This document shows, one piece after another, positions 1-13,445 of a stretch of DNA of 64,000 nt. The notes beneath the pieces were generated by a model. The model was not told the origin of the DNA. It saw nothing but the letters and a program-made list of their open reading frames with translations, and did no database searches. The position numbers and the translations under genes are program-made. The number at the start of each line of letters is the position of its first letter. The stretch's first letter is position 1. The DNA comes from the human T2T-CHM13v2.0 reference genome, Homo sapiens, in NCBI RefSeq assembly GCF_009914755.1, contig NC_060932.1; one strand, written 5' to 3'.

Positions 1-321
1 CCCAAGCTCAAGGGGAAGAGCCTTGGCTTTGGCCCCAGCACTCAGCTGTTCCAGGTTGAGCCTTAGTGCTTGTTCCACAGGAAGGATGGTGCAGAGCCAG
101 GCTGGCAGGGCTGGGGCTGGAGCTGAGGCTGAGAGGGGCCTGCCCCTCATCCATCCAGCACCATCAAAGGCCTTTCCTTGGCTGGCAAGAAGGGAGCTCT
201 GAACAGTCTGCTCTGTCTTTCCATACTGTGTAGGGACAGATAGGGAGCTGTTGCAGGACAAAGAACTGCCACCTCTTTTCCAGGTTCCGTGGTGAAGGGA
301 AGACACAGCTCTGCAGTTTAA

Positions 322-639
<318 letters not shown>

Positions 640-1143
640 AGTTTAATTTTTTTGTAAGTCTCATGTTTCTCTGCAAAACTTGAAAACAGGGTCTGCTTCA
701 CACTTGAGCTAGAGCCCTCCTTTTAGCAGAAGCTTGTTCTTATTTTTTCATTTTTATTTTATCTTAAGAATGGCCTGTCATAGGCCTCATTATTATGGTA
801 GGCACTATTATTACTATTATTATCATCATCACTATCATTATCACTTTTTATTCTCTCTAGTGATTAACCAGTCATCACTGGCCTAGCTTGCATGGTGGTT
901 TAATGCTTTTCAAACAACTTTTCAACCACCATTTACCTCTACTTTAGCTACTAGTACCATCCCTATTTTGCACATGTGGAAGTGTAGGTTCAGAGATGCC
1001 AAGTCACTTGCCCCAGGTTGCACAGCTTGGGGATGGCAGGATCCACACTCTGCTCCCGAGCACTAGGAAAAGCACCATGATAGCCTGTGACATGAAGCCC
1101 TCTACAGACTCAAGTTTCAGGGGTGGTTTTAAACATGTCTTCT

Positions 1144-1497
<354 letters not shown>

Positions 1498-2046
1498 TTA
1501 TAGGTGAACAGACTGAGATACAGGAGGAGTCACTTGCCTAGGGCCAAACAGCTCGTTCCTCTTCAGGCCTTCCCGGTCCTGGGAGCGAGTGTTTCTCTTT
1601 GCCTTGGGAGGCTTTGCAGCTTGTGCTGCGCAGCTGATAGCACTGCAACCCCTGAACATGCACACACACACAAGGTGCACACAGGCATGCGCATGGCGGG
1701 GAGGTGTGGGTGCACTTTCCAGCTTCCCTGCCGTGCCTCGTTCTGCAGGGCAAGGCCGAGAAACAGCGGGCAGCCTGTGTGATATGGGGACAGACATGTT
1801 CTCAGATCTTGGCCATGGTTTCTAATTCCCTGGCACCAGAAGCCCTGCTGGGTGATCAAAGCTGAGTGCCCCTAACAGAAAGCAGAGAGGCACATGGGAA
1901 TGACAGGTGGTGAGGTGAAGGGAACACGGGCGTGGCATCAAACAGGATGGACAGAGTGGTTGGTTGGCTGATCTAAGTGTGGAGGAGGTTGTAAACTATT
2001 CATTTAAATGAATATATTTATTCAGCACCTACTATACCAACCTTAG

Positions 2047-2395
<349 letters not shown>

Positions 2396-2895
2396 CATGC
2401 TTTCTGTTTTATTTGATCCCCTTTTTGGGGAAGACAGGGCAGGTTGAAAGGTCTGCTTTCCAGGGGAGGAAACTGAGGCTCAGAGAGGAGAAAGTCAGGC
2501 GCCAGAGGTAGATGAGAGCCAGGATTTGACCCAGTGATTTAGGATTCCAAGTCCAAGGCTCAAAGTGTGACTTGACAGCTGCAATCTGGGATCTGGATGT
2601 GTGCCTTCTGTGGCTCGGTGACTCCAGAATTTTTCCAACATCTGGTTGTACGGAATAACAATAGTAGCACGAATGATCCCATAGCTGACAGCCACGGGAG
2701 CCATGTGCCAGGCCTGGTTCTAAGCACATGTCATATTTGAACTCACAGAGTCCTCCTAGCTCACTGTGAAGTGGATACTATCGAAGGGGAGTCTTAAGGG
2801 TTTCAGTCAGTTGTCACGGTCACAGCACCAAGATGGGAACCCAGCAGGTGGCCTGGGTCCTCATGGTTTGCTGCTGTTCTGTGCTGCCCCTTAGC

Positions 2896-2914
2896 GGGGT
2901 GGGGTGGGGTGGGG
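2896..2914 (+). other. G-quadruplex motif (GGGGT)3GGGG
   Basis: Four G4 runs with single-T loops, read directly. Confidence 0.7.
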
Positions 2915-3161
2915 TAGGTGGGCTCAGGCCTGCAGAGCTTCTGTGTGGCTCTAAGGGAGAAAGAGCAGAAGGGAGATTTGGGATGTCTTCTGAGTGCTAG
3001 CCACGTGAGTGCATTTTACCAAGCGAACTGATGACTATCAGTCCCCTGATTGCTTCCTGTCTTATGTTTTTATCTTATCCACGCATTTAGTGGGCATTTA
3101 TAAAGGAATTCTGGTATTCTAAATATTCTACACTCTGGGGATATAAAAGTTAAAAGACCCA

Positions 3162-3467
3162 GGCTGGGCGCGGTGGCTCACGCCTGTAATCCCAACACTT
3201 TGGGAGGCCAAGGCGGGCGGATTACGAGGTCAAGAGATCGAGATCAGCCTGGCCAACATGGTGAAAACCCATCTCTACTAAAAATACAAAAATTAGCTGC
3301 ACGTGGTGGCACGTGCCTATAGTCCCAGCTACTCGGTAGGCTAAGGCAAGAGAATCGCTTGAACCCGGGAGGCAGAGGTTGCAGTTAGCCGAGATGGCGC
3401 CACTCTACTCCAGCCTGGCAACAGCGCGAGACTCTGTCTCAGGAAAAAAAAAAAAAAAAAAAAAAAA
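3162..3467 (+). mobile_element. Alu, AluSc-like
   Basis: Sense dimer with long poly(A); TSD AAAAGACCCA. Confidence 0.93.
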
Positions 3468-3999
3468 GACCCAGTGCCTACCCTTAAAGGAGCTCTTCTT
3501 ATTGAAACTCTTTAAGGAAAGGAGGCAGGAAACAGACATCTTTAATGGGCCAGAGGCTGATTTAGGCTGTTCAGACATTGTTAAGCTGCTCAGCATCTGA
3601 AGTTCAAAGAGGCTGAGAACAAACCGGTTAGGAAATGGCAGAAGGGGGTTGGGACCTAGGTGAGCAGCCCGTCAGGAGCCCCTGGGTGGCTTGCACTCCT
3701 AGCCCCAAGTGCAATATACAGGTGAGGCGCCTGCAGAATTTTCATTAGGCTGAGTTCATTTCTGGAAGCAGGGAATTGGCATCCACTTAACCATCCCTAA
3801 TGCCTGCCTTTTCATGTATGTCTGCACTTACTTCTGGCCTTCCCCGGATGCAGTATGTGATTCCTGGAAGGGGTCTCCTGTACGTCGTAGTTTTGTCATC
3901 TTCAGGCAACCCAGGATGACATGATTTCTGGAAATTTCCCTGATTTCTTTCTGCTTCACTCTCCCTCTTTTGCTAGAAGGGATCGGCTTAGGCAGCCAT

Positions 4000-4860
4000 T
4001 GTGGTGTTCATTCAACATGTCCAGTACAGCCTGTTACTGCAGTTTCCAAGTTGGAGGGTCCGTGAGTCTACTCCCTTTTTTGAACAGAGGGGTACATGGG
4101 GAAGCTGAGCCTCTGATGAATGGGTTGATTTGTCCCAGGTCACACAGCTTGAGGGTGGCAGAAGCCAGATCTCAGGTCACAGAGTGGCTCTCCTCCATTT
4201 GCCTCCCTGGTCTTGCCTCCTGGAGGCCTGTAGATAGGAGACACCCTTCCTGGAAAGACAACAGCTTGGGGACATTACAGATAAGGCTGGGCGGGTGTGC
4301 CTAGCTAGCCCAGAATAAAAGGATCACCGAGAGAAGTTAGGAATCGACCTTCCTTGAGGTGGGTTCTGCAGATAAAGATGCTTTTGAAGTTCAGTTGGTG
4401 GGAGATAGGATCTTTGTGGCCTTCTGGATGGATGCACCACGATAGGGAAATCAGCAAGCTGAAGATAGGGAAAGTGAACACTTATCACTGAAGGCCTCTG
4501 CAGGGTTTGCTTTGAGGTACTTCCTTCCTGTCAACCCTGTTCTGGAGTCTGTCTCCATTTTTCAGACACAAAAACTGAGGCATAGATAACTGTTTTCTGT
4601 TTTTTGTGGGGAGAGAGTATTATTGTTTCAATTTCCTGGACACTTCAAAACATAGGGTATTTCTCATTATGCAATAGTTTAATTGAGCACATACTGCAGG
4701 CCAGGCATGGTGCTGCATGCATTCTGGAAGTACAGGAATGAGTTGGAAGTGCTCTTTTTCCTTAGAGATTTTTTGTTCTCTTGTGTGTGTGTTTGGGGGT
4801 GGGGGGGGCGGGCGGGCACGAATAGGGGAGGAATTTAGATGAGAAATCAGATAATCACAG
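4000..4860. promoter_or_regulatory. Candidate GATA-driven enhancer surrounding MIR1205
   Basis: Eight WGATAR sites (4232, 4279, 4370, 4403, 4463, 4482 reverse, 4584, 4849), RUNX TGTGGT at 4000 and a GC/KLF box at 4795-4816. Confidence 0.7.
4490..4552 (+). ncRNA. MIR1205: Annotated miR-1205 precursor; mature TCTGCAGGGTTTGCTTTGAG at 4497-4516
   Basis: Matches hsa-mir-1205 as I recall it; GCAGGGTT pairs with AACCCTGT. Confidence 0.92.
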
Positions 4861-4869
4861 CCAAGGTGC

Positions 4870-5200
4870 CTGCCTGGGGACACAGGGTGCCATAGGCACA
4901 CAGAAGGGCCCAGGGTGTGGACTTAGGGTGGTCAGGGGAAGGAAGGAGTTTGCCCAGAGAAGAGGCAGGAGGGAGACAGGAAAGGTAAGCAGAGGCCAGA
5001 TCCTAGAAAGACCATTTTGACTTTGTGCTGAGGGCGATGGTCTCATGATGCAGATTTTAAGCAGAGGTGAGAGAGGGAGAGATTAGCATTTCAGAAAGCA
5101 TGGCCTCTGCCATAGGAAGACAAGATCAGAGGGAGGTCCAAGCTGGTGGCCAGTGGTGACGGGGCCTGAGCTGGAGGAGACAGGGATGCACTGGAGACCC
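4870..5200 (-). mobile_element. Degenerate L2 LINE fragment
   Basis: L2-like phrases GGCCAGATC...TTTTGACTTTG...GATTTTAAGCAG; heavily diverged. Confidence 0.5.
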
Positions 5201-5284
5201 AAGAGAGAAGTCCCTGAACGCGGTGCACGAAGAGCCTCTGGGGTTACAGGAAGGAAGGGGTAAAATGTTCTTTTCTGTGTCCAG

Positions 5285-5405
5285 CTTAGGCCACTGAATA
5301 GATTCGGTGCTGTGTGTTGTACTAGGAAATGCGGAGGTGATGGGGATTGTTTGGGCTGGAGTCTGGAGGGGCTGTGCCCCACCCCAAGCTGGGTGAGCAT
5401 CTAAG
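5285..5405 (+). other. Candidate 121-nt cassette exon
   Basis: Acceptor TTCTTTTCTGTGTCCAG|C and consensus donor AAG|GTAAGT; no transcript evidence available to me. Confidence 0.4.
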
Positions 5406-5836
5406 GTAAGTGAGGGCTGTGCCCAAGACTGCATGAGCAAATCCAGGTTCTCCTACCAGCAAGCTGCCTTGAAGACTCTGAGGCTGGAAATGTATAACCT
5501 TGTCCGTACCACTGAGCACCTGTTACCCATACACATTACTGTTCTCCAAACCACGGAACAACTTGAAGGATTGTTTTGCCAGACTAAAAAGTGAAGAAAG
5601 CACTGGTTTCCTTCCATGGTGTTCCTCTTTAAACCACACCTTCTCAACCTTGTTTAGGGAGTGGGGATGGCCTTCAGGAGCTCCAGAGGCCCCCCCTGCC
5701 CGAGTCTGACTCCTGGTTTCTGGCTTCAACAATGACTAACCTGTAACTTCACATTTTGGTCTATAAAGTGGGTAGAAATGTAGCACCTCTGCATTCTCCA
5801 GGTTTGTTGTGAGGACGAAGGAGATAATGAATGTAG

Positions 5837-6136
<300 letters not shown>

Positions 6137-6394
6137 TGAGCCCAGGGCTGGCTCACTGGGAGTGGGCCACACATTTAGGGGGTTGTTGTTGTACACATGA
6201 TCATCGGTGGCACTGCTTTGCAGCCTAATGGTTTTTGACACATGTGTTCCTTCTTAATCCTTAAGCCAGCACCTTGAGTTGGGTGTGATCAACTCATTGA
6301 ATTTTTTAACTTCAGCTGTGACATTATAGATCATCTAGCTCTGCTGTGACCTTATTTTGTAGATGACAGGGCTAGGGGTTACCATCCCTCTTAA

Positions 6395-6752
<358 letters not shown>

Positions 6753-8349
6753 TCATCTGCATTTTAGGGTCCCTGTTTTACAAAGGAGCAGTCCCTATTT
6801 TACTTGCAGATGGGCAGTAGTGTCAGATCCTCACTGGGGTGGTCAGGGAAGAGGAGGTGTTTGGAAGAGGGCCCCAATGGACCTCTGGCCTGCGGGATTG
6901 AGATCGGGCTGGCCAGCTCTCCTCTCTTTCCTCAACAGAGTCTGGGTCTCACCCTGCCCAGCAGCTTTCTCTTCTTCCTAGAAGTGCCCAAGACAGGATC
7001 TTTTCAGTTCTGAGATCTTCCACCCCTCGCACGGCAGCCTTCCTGCCCCTGCCCAGGCTGACTTCACACCATGCTCTGTTATCCCAGGTCCTAGGCTCGC
7101 ATCGGCCACTTGCCACCATGTTGGTGACTGCCTGCCCTCTACCTTGGATGGTGCGGTCCACGGGGCAGGACTGGGGTTTGCCATTTGTGTGTCCCTGGTG
7201 CTTCTCTCAGTGTCTGACACCTGGTGAGATTTGCCACCTGTTTGGTGCATGGGTGAGTGTGGTTGTTTACACTAGCGTTGTTATTGGAAATCACTCAATT
7301 CTTGTTCTCACCCACTCCTGCCTCCTCTGAGAAAAAGTGTGGCAGAAAAGTTCCCTGAACTACTAACACAGGGGGATTTAGCACTCTTAGATATTTTTAA
7401 CTTTTCCATAGAAAGGCAGCACCCCCCACCCCCCTCCACCCTTTTTTTGAAGCAGCAGCATTTACAAATATTGAAACCAACTTTGTACATCTCCACTCTG
7501 ACTTCTGGGCCTATTTAATAAATATTCACTCAAACATGTACTATGTGTCAGGCATGATTTTTGGCACTTGGGAAACATCAGGGAATGATGTTTGGGGAGG
7601 AAGCTGATCTAGCTGGGGCCCAGGTGGGGTTGGAATGGAGGAATGGAGTCCTGCCCTAAATCCAGCATGGCCTTTGTCCTGCGTGCCTTGGGACCTGGTC
7701 CTGGTGGTTCCCTCCACTTCTCTGATTCTTGGTTTGAATATATATTGACTGAAGAGTTGGAATAGAAATATCTTCGTATTCTGTTTTCAGTTCTAGGATC
7801 GTTTATTCGTCCAGTAACGTTTGTCAGGGGTTGAATGTCGAGTGGAGAATGGCTGAATTTGCACTGTGAGGGAACTCACAGCTGGAGGGAGATCCCCACA
7901 GGGACTGCGAAGGCTTATTGCAGATGAAGGAGTGCCATGACGACGATGACCCCCAGGAGCGTCCTTCCAGGACAAGCAGATGGGTTCAGGGAAGGCTGGG
8001 CAAAGAGGGGCAAGTCAGCCATGCCTGGAGAGGAGCAGCATCTGCTGGGAGTCCTGTTTTGACAGTTGTCATTCCCAGATGTTCGGTGGTGTGTTCCCTG
8101 CAGCAGGCCTGCATGCACCTGGATGTCAGAGTGGGAGGCCATTAGCTCACTGGTTCAGAAATAGTTCCTGGTTATGCCTGTCTTGTGGTGGCCCATTCTC
8201 AGCTTGGCGGATACAGCAGCGACCAACCGAAGCCACCAGTGGGAGCAGAACTGGAGGATGGAGGTCCTCGGAAGGGTTCTAGCCACACTGGGCTTCAGAC
8301 CCTCCAGAGTCAAAGCCTGGCTTCCTTCTCCTGCTGGAGGCAAAGGCCC

Positions 8350-8930
8350 TTATTGTTTTTTTGTGGCTGCAGTAACAAATTTCGACAGATTTGGTAGCTT
8401 AAAACAACAGAAATTTATTGTCTTACAGTTCTGGAGGCCAGAAGTCTGAAATCAAGGTGTCAGCGAGGTTGACACCCTCTGAGGTGCTAAGGGACACCCT
8501 TTCCTTGCCTCTTCCAGCTGCTTGTGGCACTGGATGTTGCTCGGCTTGTGGCAGAATCATTCCAATCTCTGCTCTTGTCTCCACGTACCTTCTCTATGTC
8601 CGTCTCTCCTCATGTTTTAGGGCCTCCAATGATCTCATCTCAAGATTATTATTTTTAAACAACTTTATTTAATTTTATTATTATTTTATTGATTTATTTT
8701 AAGAATGGGGTTTTACCATGTTCCCCTTGCAGCTCTCCTACTCTTGAGCTCAAGCCATTGTACTGCCTCAGCCTCCCACAGCATGGGATTACAGGCGTGA
8801 GCCCCCACTCCTATCCAAGATTCTTAACTTCATTACATCAGCAAAAGCCCTTTTCCCAAATAAGGTCATAGGCACCAGATTCTAAGGGCAATATCTTTTT
8901 TCGGTGGGTGAAGACAGCATTCAACCCACA
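8350..8930 (-). mobile_element. MLT1-family (MaLR) solo LTR interrupted by an Alu monomer at about 8650-8812
   Basis: GCTTAAAACAACAGAAATTTATT...CAGTTCTGGAGGCCAGAAGTCTGAAATCAAGGTG and TTTCCCAAATAAGGTCA are MLT1 hallmarks; CAAGATT flanks the insert. Confidence 0.8.
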
Positions 8931-10409
8931 CTAGTAGGCCCCAGCACTTCTGGGGAAAGCCAAGGTTTAGACCTCATATCCAGATGCTCTTTTCTGTGGT
9001 TTTGTCACTTTTTCTTATCTTATATGAGAAATATATACATATTTTAAAAAGGTAATTAAAATTTTGTTGATATAATTTCACTTTCACATTGAGTAAAAGC
9101 TGCAAGAAGAGTACAAAGAACTCCCTCATATACTTTACCCAAGTTCACCAATGAAAAAATGTTGCCCCCTAAGTGGGTATAATGTACACATTTTCTCACA
9201 GCCAGTTGGCAGATTCATCAGAGCCTCAGGCTCCCCCTACCCCTCACAGCGTCAGACAGAGAGTTTACCATGGGGCTGGACAGTTATGATTGGTTTCTCA
9301 GGCAGCTGCTCACTCTAAGGCTTGCTGTAGGCTCTGGCGTTACATCTGTCACTGGGAATGTGGCATCGTCCTGGCACAGTCACAGAGAGGCCAAAGACAC
9401 AGCTCTGTTCACCCCCCATTTAAAGCCAAATGGCCATCCTGGGTCCTGGGGGACCCTTCCTTGTTCTCTCCACTCTGCCCTTGGATGTGTCAGTTGCAGG
9501 CACTTCAGATGCAGTAGAGTTATTTAGAGAAGGCGGCTCCCTGCACCGCCTGCTGCCTTTTGGTCCATTTTGAGCTGGGTGTCCGAGCCTCTGCCCTACA
9601 TCTAGGAACTAACAGAGTCAGGTGTTGGGTGCAGAACAGAGATTGGCAGGAGATGAGCAGGCTGTTCAGAGTCCGCCAGGAGCTCTGTGCTTGAAGCTCT
9701 GAAGAGCTTCCATCCTACCTTCCTGATGATGCAGACTTTAGGTGAGGGGGAGAGGCAAGGAGGTTACAGGATTTACCTTTTGGAAAGACTACTTTGATAT
9801 GAATGCAGAATCAGGGATGGAAAACCAGTGAAAGAGAATGTCACAATAAATAGTATAATTGAAAGTCCAGTTTTAGAGGTTTTGCCAGAGGCACATGGAG
9901 GGGGTAGCTTGCTTGGTTTGCATTAAATTAAATTGCATTACTTAGAGTCCCTATAAATGCTGGTGGATCAATGTAGCTGATGGTTTCATAACAAAACAAG
10001 AATGATAATAACAGCGTCTAAGAGAATGCAAACGTTAATAGTACAGTGTTGTTTTTGATCCTGCCACTGTATGGTATTGAATTTACCTGGGTTATGGAGT
10101 CTCATAATTGTACCAAAAGCTGTGGAAAGAGTCAGGGAGAGTATTTTTGCCCCCATTGTGGGGATGAGGAAGCTAGAGGTGACCTGAATTGCTGAGGTTC
10201 ATGCACCTAGTAAGTAACAGAGCTGCACTTGGACCCTGAGTCTTAGAAAAAACCCCACACTAGTTCTTTTGCTGATTTCTGAGCTATGCCCATTTCTCTC
10301 ACTATGGAATTGTTTTCCACTATACCTCTAGGAAGCTAAACTGGGACATAACTGGGGCACAAGATGGGGGATGGAGCTTGCCCCTCTTCTCAGCAGCCAG
10401 ATAAGGCCT

Positions 10410-10600
10410 TGGGAGCAGTGAAGAGCTTTCTGTAACCTGAACTGCCTGACATCCTTGCCCTTAGCCACGTGGGGCTGTTGAACACTTGACCTGGGGCTGT
10501 AGCAGCTGAGGGACTGCAATTTTTGTGTGAATTAATTTCAACAGACTTAAATTTAAATAGCCCTCCCTATGTAGCCAGTGGCCACCCCATTGGACAGCAT
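10410..10600. mobile_element. MER3-like hAT DNA transposon relic
   Basis: TAGCCACGTGGGGCTGTTGAACACTTGA...AAATTTAAATAGCC...TTGGACAGCA resembles MER3. Confidence 0.65.
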
Positions 10601-12482
10601 ATGTCAGCGCTGTAAAAGTCAAGTGTGAGCCACAATGGGACATAGGAAGGACTTTTCAGGAAACCATTTGACTGTTGGGATTCTCCTTTCATCTTTTAGG
10701 GGTATGGTGGGGAGTACCTGCTGACGGGGATATTAGAATGCCTTTCTTTTTTTCTTCCCTTGATGTGCCGAGACTCCATGCCCCCTGTCACGGGTATCCC
10801 AGAGCTATGGCTAGTGGGTTTGCTGGCTGAGATGGGTCCTGAGCCCTAGGCCCCTTTGCCCCAGAAAGGAAAATCCCGAGGAGGCAGCTGATGCTAGCCC
10901 TGGAAGACTTTAATTCGAGGGTGGCACACCTGACAACGCCTTGGGTAATGAGTGTTTGTTTCTGGAGGCTCATGGGACACCCACCCCAGGGCTGATTGCA
11001 GGTTGGATGCTGTTTGGTGAGAATGGATGCATACCCACCCGCTGATGACAAAGGGACAGGTCAGAAGGACAGGGCCTTTCTTTGAATGGAAAACCTGACC
11101 CGGGATCTCTCCTGGAAGATGAAGAATGAACTGGGCAGTGAAGTGGGGAGAAGGAGAGGTTAACTTCTGGGGGGCTTAGAGAAGAGGGGGGAAGGAGGAG
11201 AGGAGCCTGGGATTAGTCCCACGAAGGCTGCGCTCTTGTTTGCCCAAGTCTCCTCCTGTGTGGGACACAAAGTGGGCTTGTAATACAATACTGGCTCAAA
11301 GGAAGAAAAACGGCAGAGGCTAGCACTGGGGCCACCCTGAGCAAGTGGTGTGTTCATCTGTGCATGTTCTGGACAGTACCACGAGGTCAGTAAATGCTTC
11401 TGCCTGGCATCTACCACAAAGCTCATTCCAGAGGGTGCTCTGTGGCCCTGCCAAGAATAAGGCCTCGTCAGGAAAGGCTCACCCTGTATTTTCCCAGCCT
11501 ACTTTGAGCCATCTCCTGAATAAAGGACAGCTTGCCTGGGCAGTACCGCTCCTGCCACAAAGACGGAAAGGAAAAGTATGGCAAGTGCTTTAAGACTCCT
11601 TTTAATGTCAGCTTTCTACATCCAGATAAGGAGAAGAGCTCACGATGGTCCTGTAACTTGCCAGACATCTCACAGGAGATTCATTGCTGAGTCTCTGAGC
11701 ACACACAGGCTCCCTTTACAGACTGGAAAAGTCTTTCTGGTCAGTTTGCCTCCACTGACATTTATTGAGCGCCTGTAGTATGTGCTTGGATGCTGCCTTG
11801 AGAGGGCGCTTTGGGTTTGAAGGCTCCGGAAACGTATGACTTTGGAGCACTCATTCCTATTCGGTGCTGACCTTTGTTCACATTTGTGCTCAGCCAACAA
11901 TCCTGTGTAGGAGAGTGGAGCCTGACAAATGTTTATGGAAGGTCTGCCTGGCTGACTCCATACACAGATTGCATAGGGTTTTCCAAATGGCAGCTGGGGA
12001 GAAGTTCTGGATCTGTCAGAACTGATTGGGAGAACCTGCAAAACAGGCAGGGGTGTATACGTCCCTTTTCCAAAGTGACCCTCCTGCCTGGCTTTTGGGA
12101 ACAGGATCTGTCCTCGATGGTCCCTCACTAACTGCCTGGCTTCCTAACTGTTGCAGGTCTGGGGATGTCTGTTGTTAAGACACCATGCATCTGGATGCCT
12201 GTTGAGTGTAGAGTGCTGGCTCAGCTGTAGGGTGGGGTGGGATGGGGGGTGGTTTGAAACCTCTTTCAAAAATACCATTAGGGAGACACCAAGACAGCAC
12301 TGACGTGGATGCAGAACGTAAGTGCTCTTGGAGATGAGGTCAGCACATGAAGCTTCTCTGATTTTACAGTTGCCACCAGGGACGCAGGATTATGTTCCTG
12401 TTAACTGAAGACACAATGAGAGGCCTGGCTTAGGCAAAAGCTGGCCAGTAGGGTGTATCAGGGAGGCCCTAAAAGGGTTAGT

Positions 12483-12931
12483 ACAGTGGGTGAATTGTAT
12501 CCCCTAAATAGATATGTTCAGGTCCTAACCCCTGTGCCCTTGAACGTGACCTTAGTTGGAAGGATCTTTGAGGGCGTAATAAAGTTATGGTGAGGTCATC
12601 TTGGGGTATGGTGAGCTCTTAATCCAATGAAGGATGTTTTTCTAAGAGAAAGGACACGTGGATACAGACACACTCTGGGAGGAAGGCCATGTGATGATGG
12701 AGGTGGAGATTAGAGGGATACAGCACCAAGTCAAGGGAGGCCATGGATTCCTGGCAGCCACCAGAAGCCAGGAGAGGCAAGGAAGGGTTTCCCCTCAGAG
12801 GCTTCACAGACAGCACGGCCCTGCTGTCCCCTTGATTTTGGACTTGCAGCCTCCAGAACAGTGAGAGAAAACATTTCTGTTGTTTCAAGCCACCTATTTT
12901 GCGACCATTTGTACCCTGAGAATCTAATACA
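12483..12931 (+). mobile_element. MLT1C-like solo LTR
   Basis: GAATTGTATCCCC...GATATGTTCAGGTCCTAACCCC start, CAGCCTCCAGAAC...TTTCTGTTGTTTCAAGCCACC, ends CTAATACA. Confidence 0.85.
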
Positions 12932-13149
12932 GAAGGGAATCTCATCCTATCTTGAGGTGATGGCTTTCCTAGACTCCATTTAGAGCAAGGAATTGCATGT
13001 TTATAAGCGAACTTTGACACTTGCCTCTGCTGATATGGCTGGGAATCCTCTCTTTCATTCTTCATTATTAATGGGTATTTATTATGTCATAGGACTTGTC
13101 ATTAAATCTGCTGAAATCTGGTAATCCAAGCCTCCAACCCATAGTTTGC

Positions 13150-13445
13150 ATCAACCAGGTGGCGACCCCCAGGCTCTGCTGGTTTCCATTCCTTTATCTT
13201 GATTCCATTCCTTTATCTTGATTCTCCCTGGCCGAGAGCTTTTCTGACCCACCTAAAATCTGTTCATTTCAGACCCCGGCCTTTCCAGGATGCCTTTTGG
13301 AGCCCCTGCTGGCCACCACATATCATGTTCTGAAGTTCTACAGCCCTCTGAGTTGGACACTGACCATCTGGGGGCTCGAGTCATCCTCAGATTGGTATGC
13401 AGCCATTCAAACATTCCTGTTTGTTTCCTGTGAGTCAGCATTGTG
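13150..13445. promoter_or_regulatory. Candidate enhancer core (TEAD, GATA, FOX, ETS, AP-1/MARE motifs)
   Basis: CATTCC and TTATCT twice each in the duplication; ACATTCC-TGTTTGT-TTCCTG-TGAGTCAGCA packed into 13411-13440. Confidence 0.55.
13184..13221. repeat. Perfect 2 x 19-bp tandem duplication TTCCATTCCTTTATCTTGA
   Basis: Identical copies at 13184-13202 and 13203-13221. Confidence 0.95.

Noticed and set aside
9693-9710. Inverted repeat GAAGCTCT-GA-AGAGCTTC
   Set aside because: An 8-bp stem is expected by chance in 64 kb.
13152-13165. CTCF-like motif CAACCAGGTGGCGA
   Set aside because: Mismatch at a highly conserved core C; cannot be called without a PWM scan or ChIP data.
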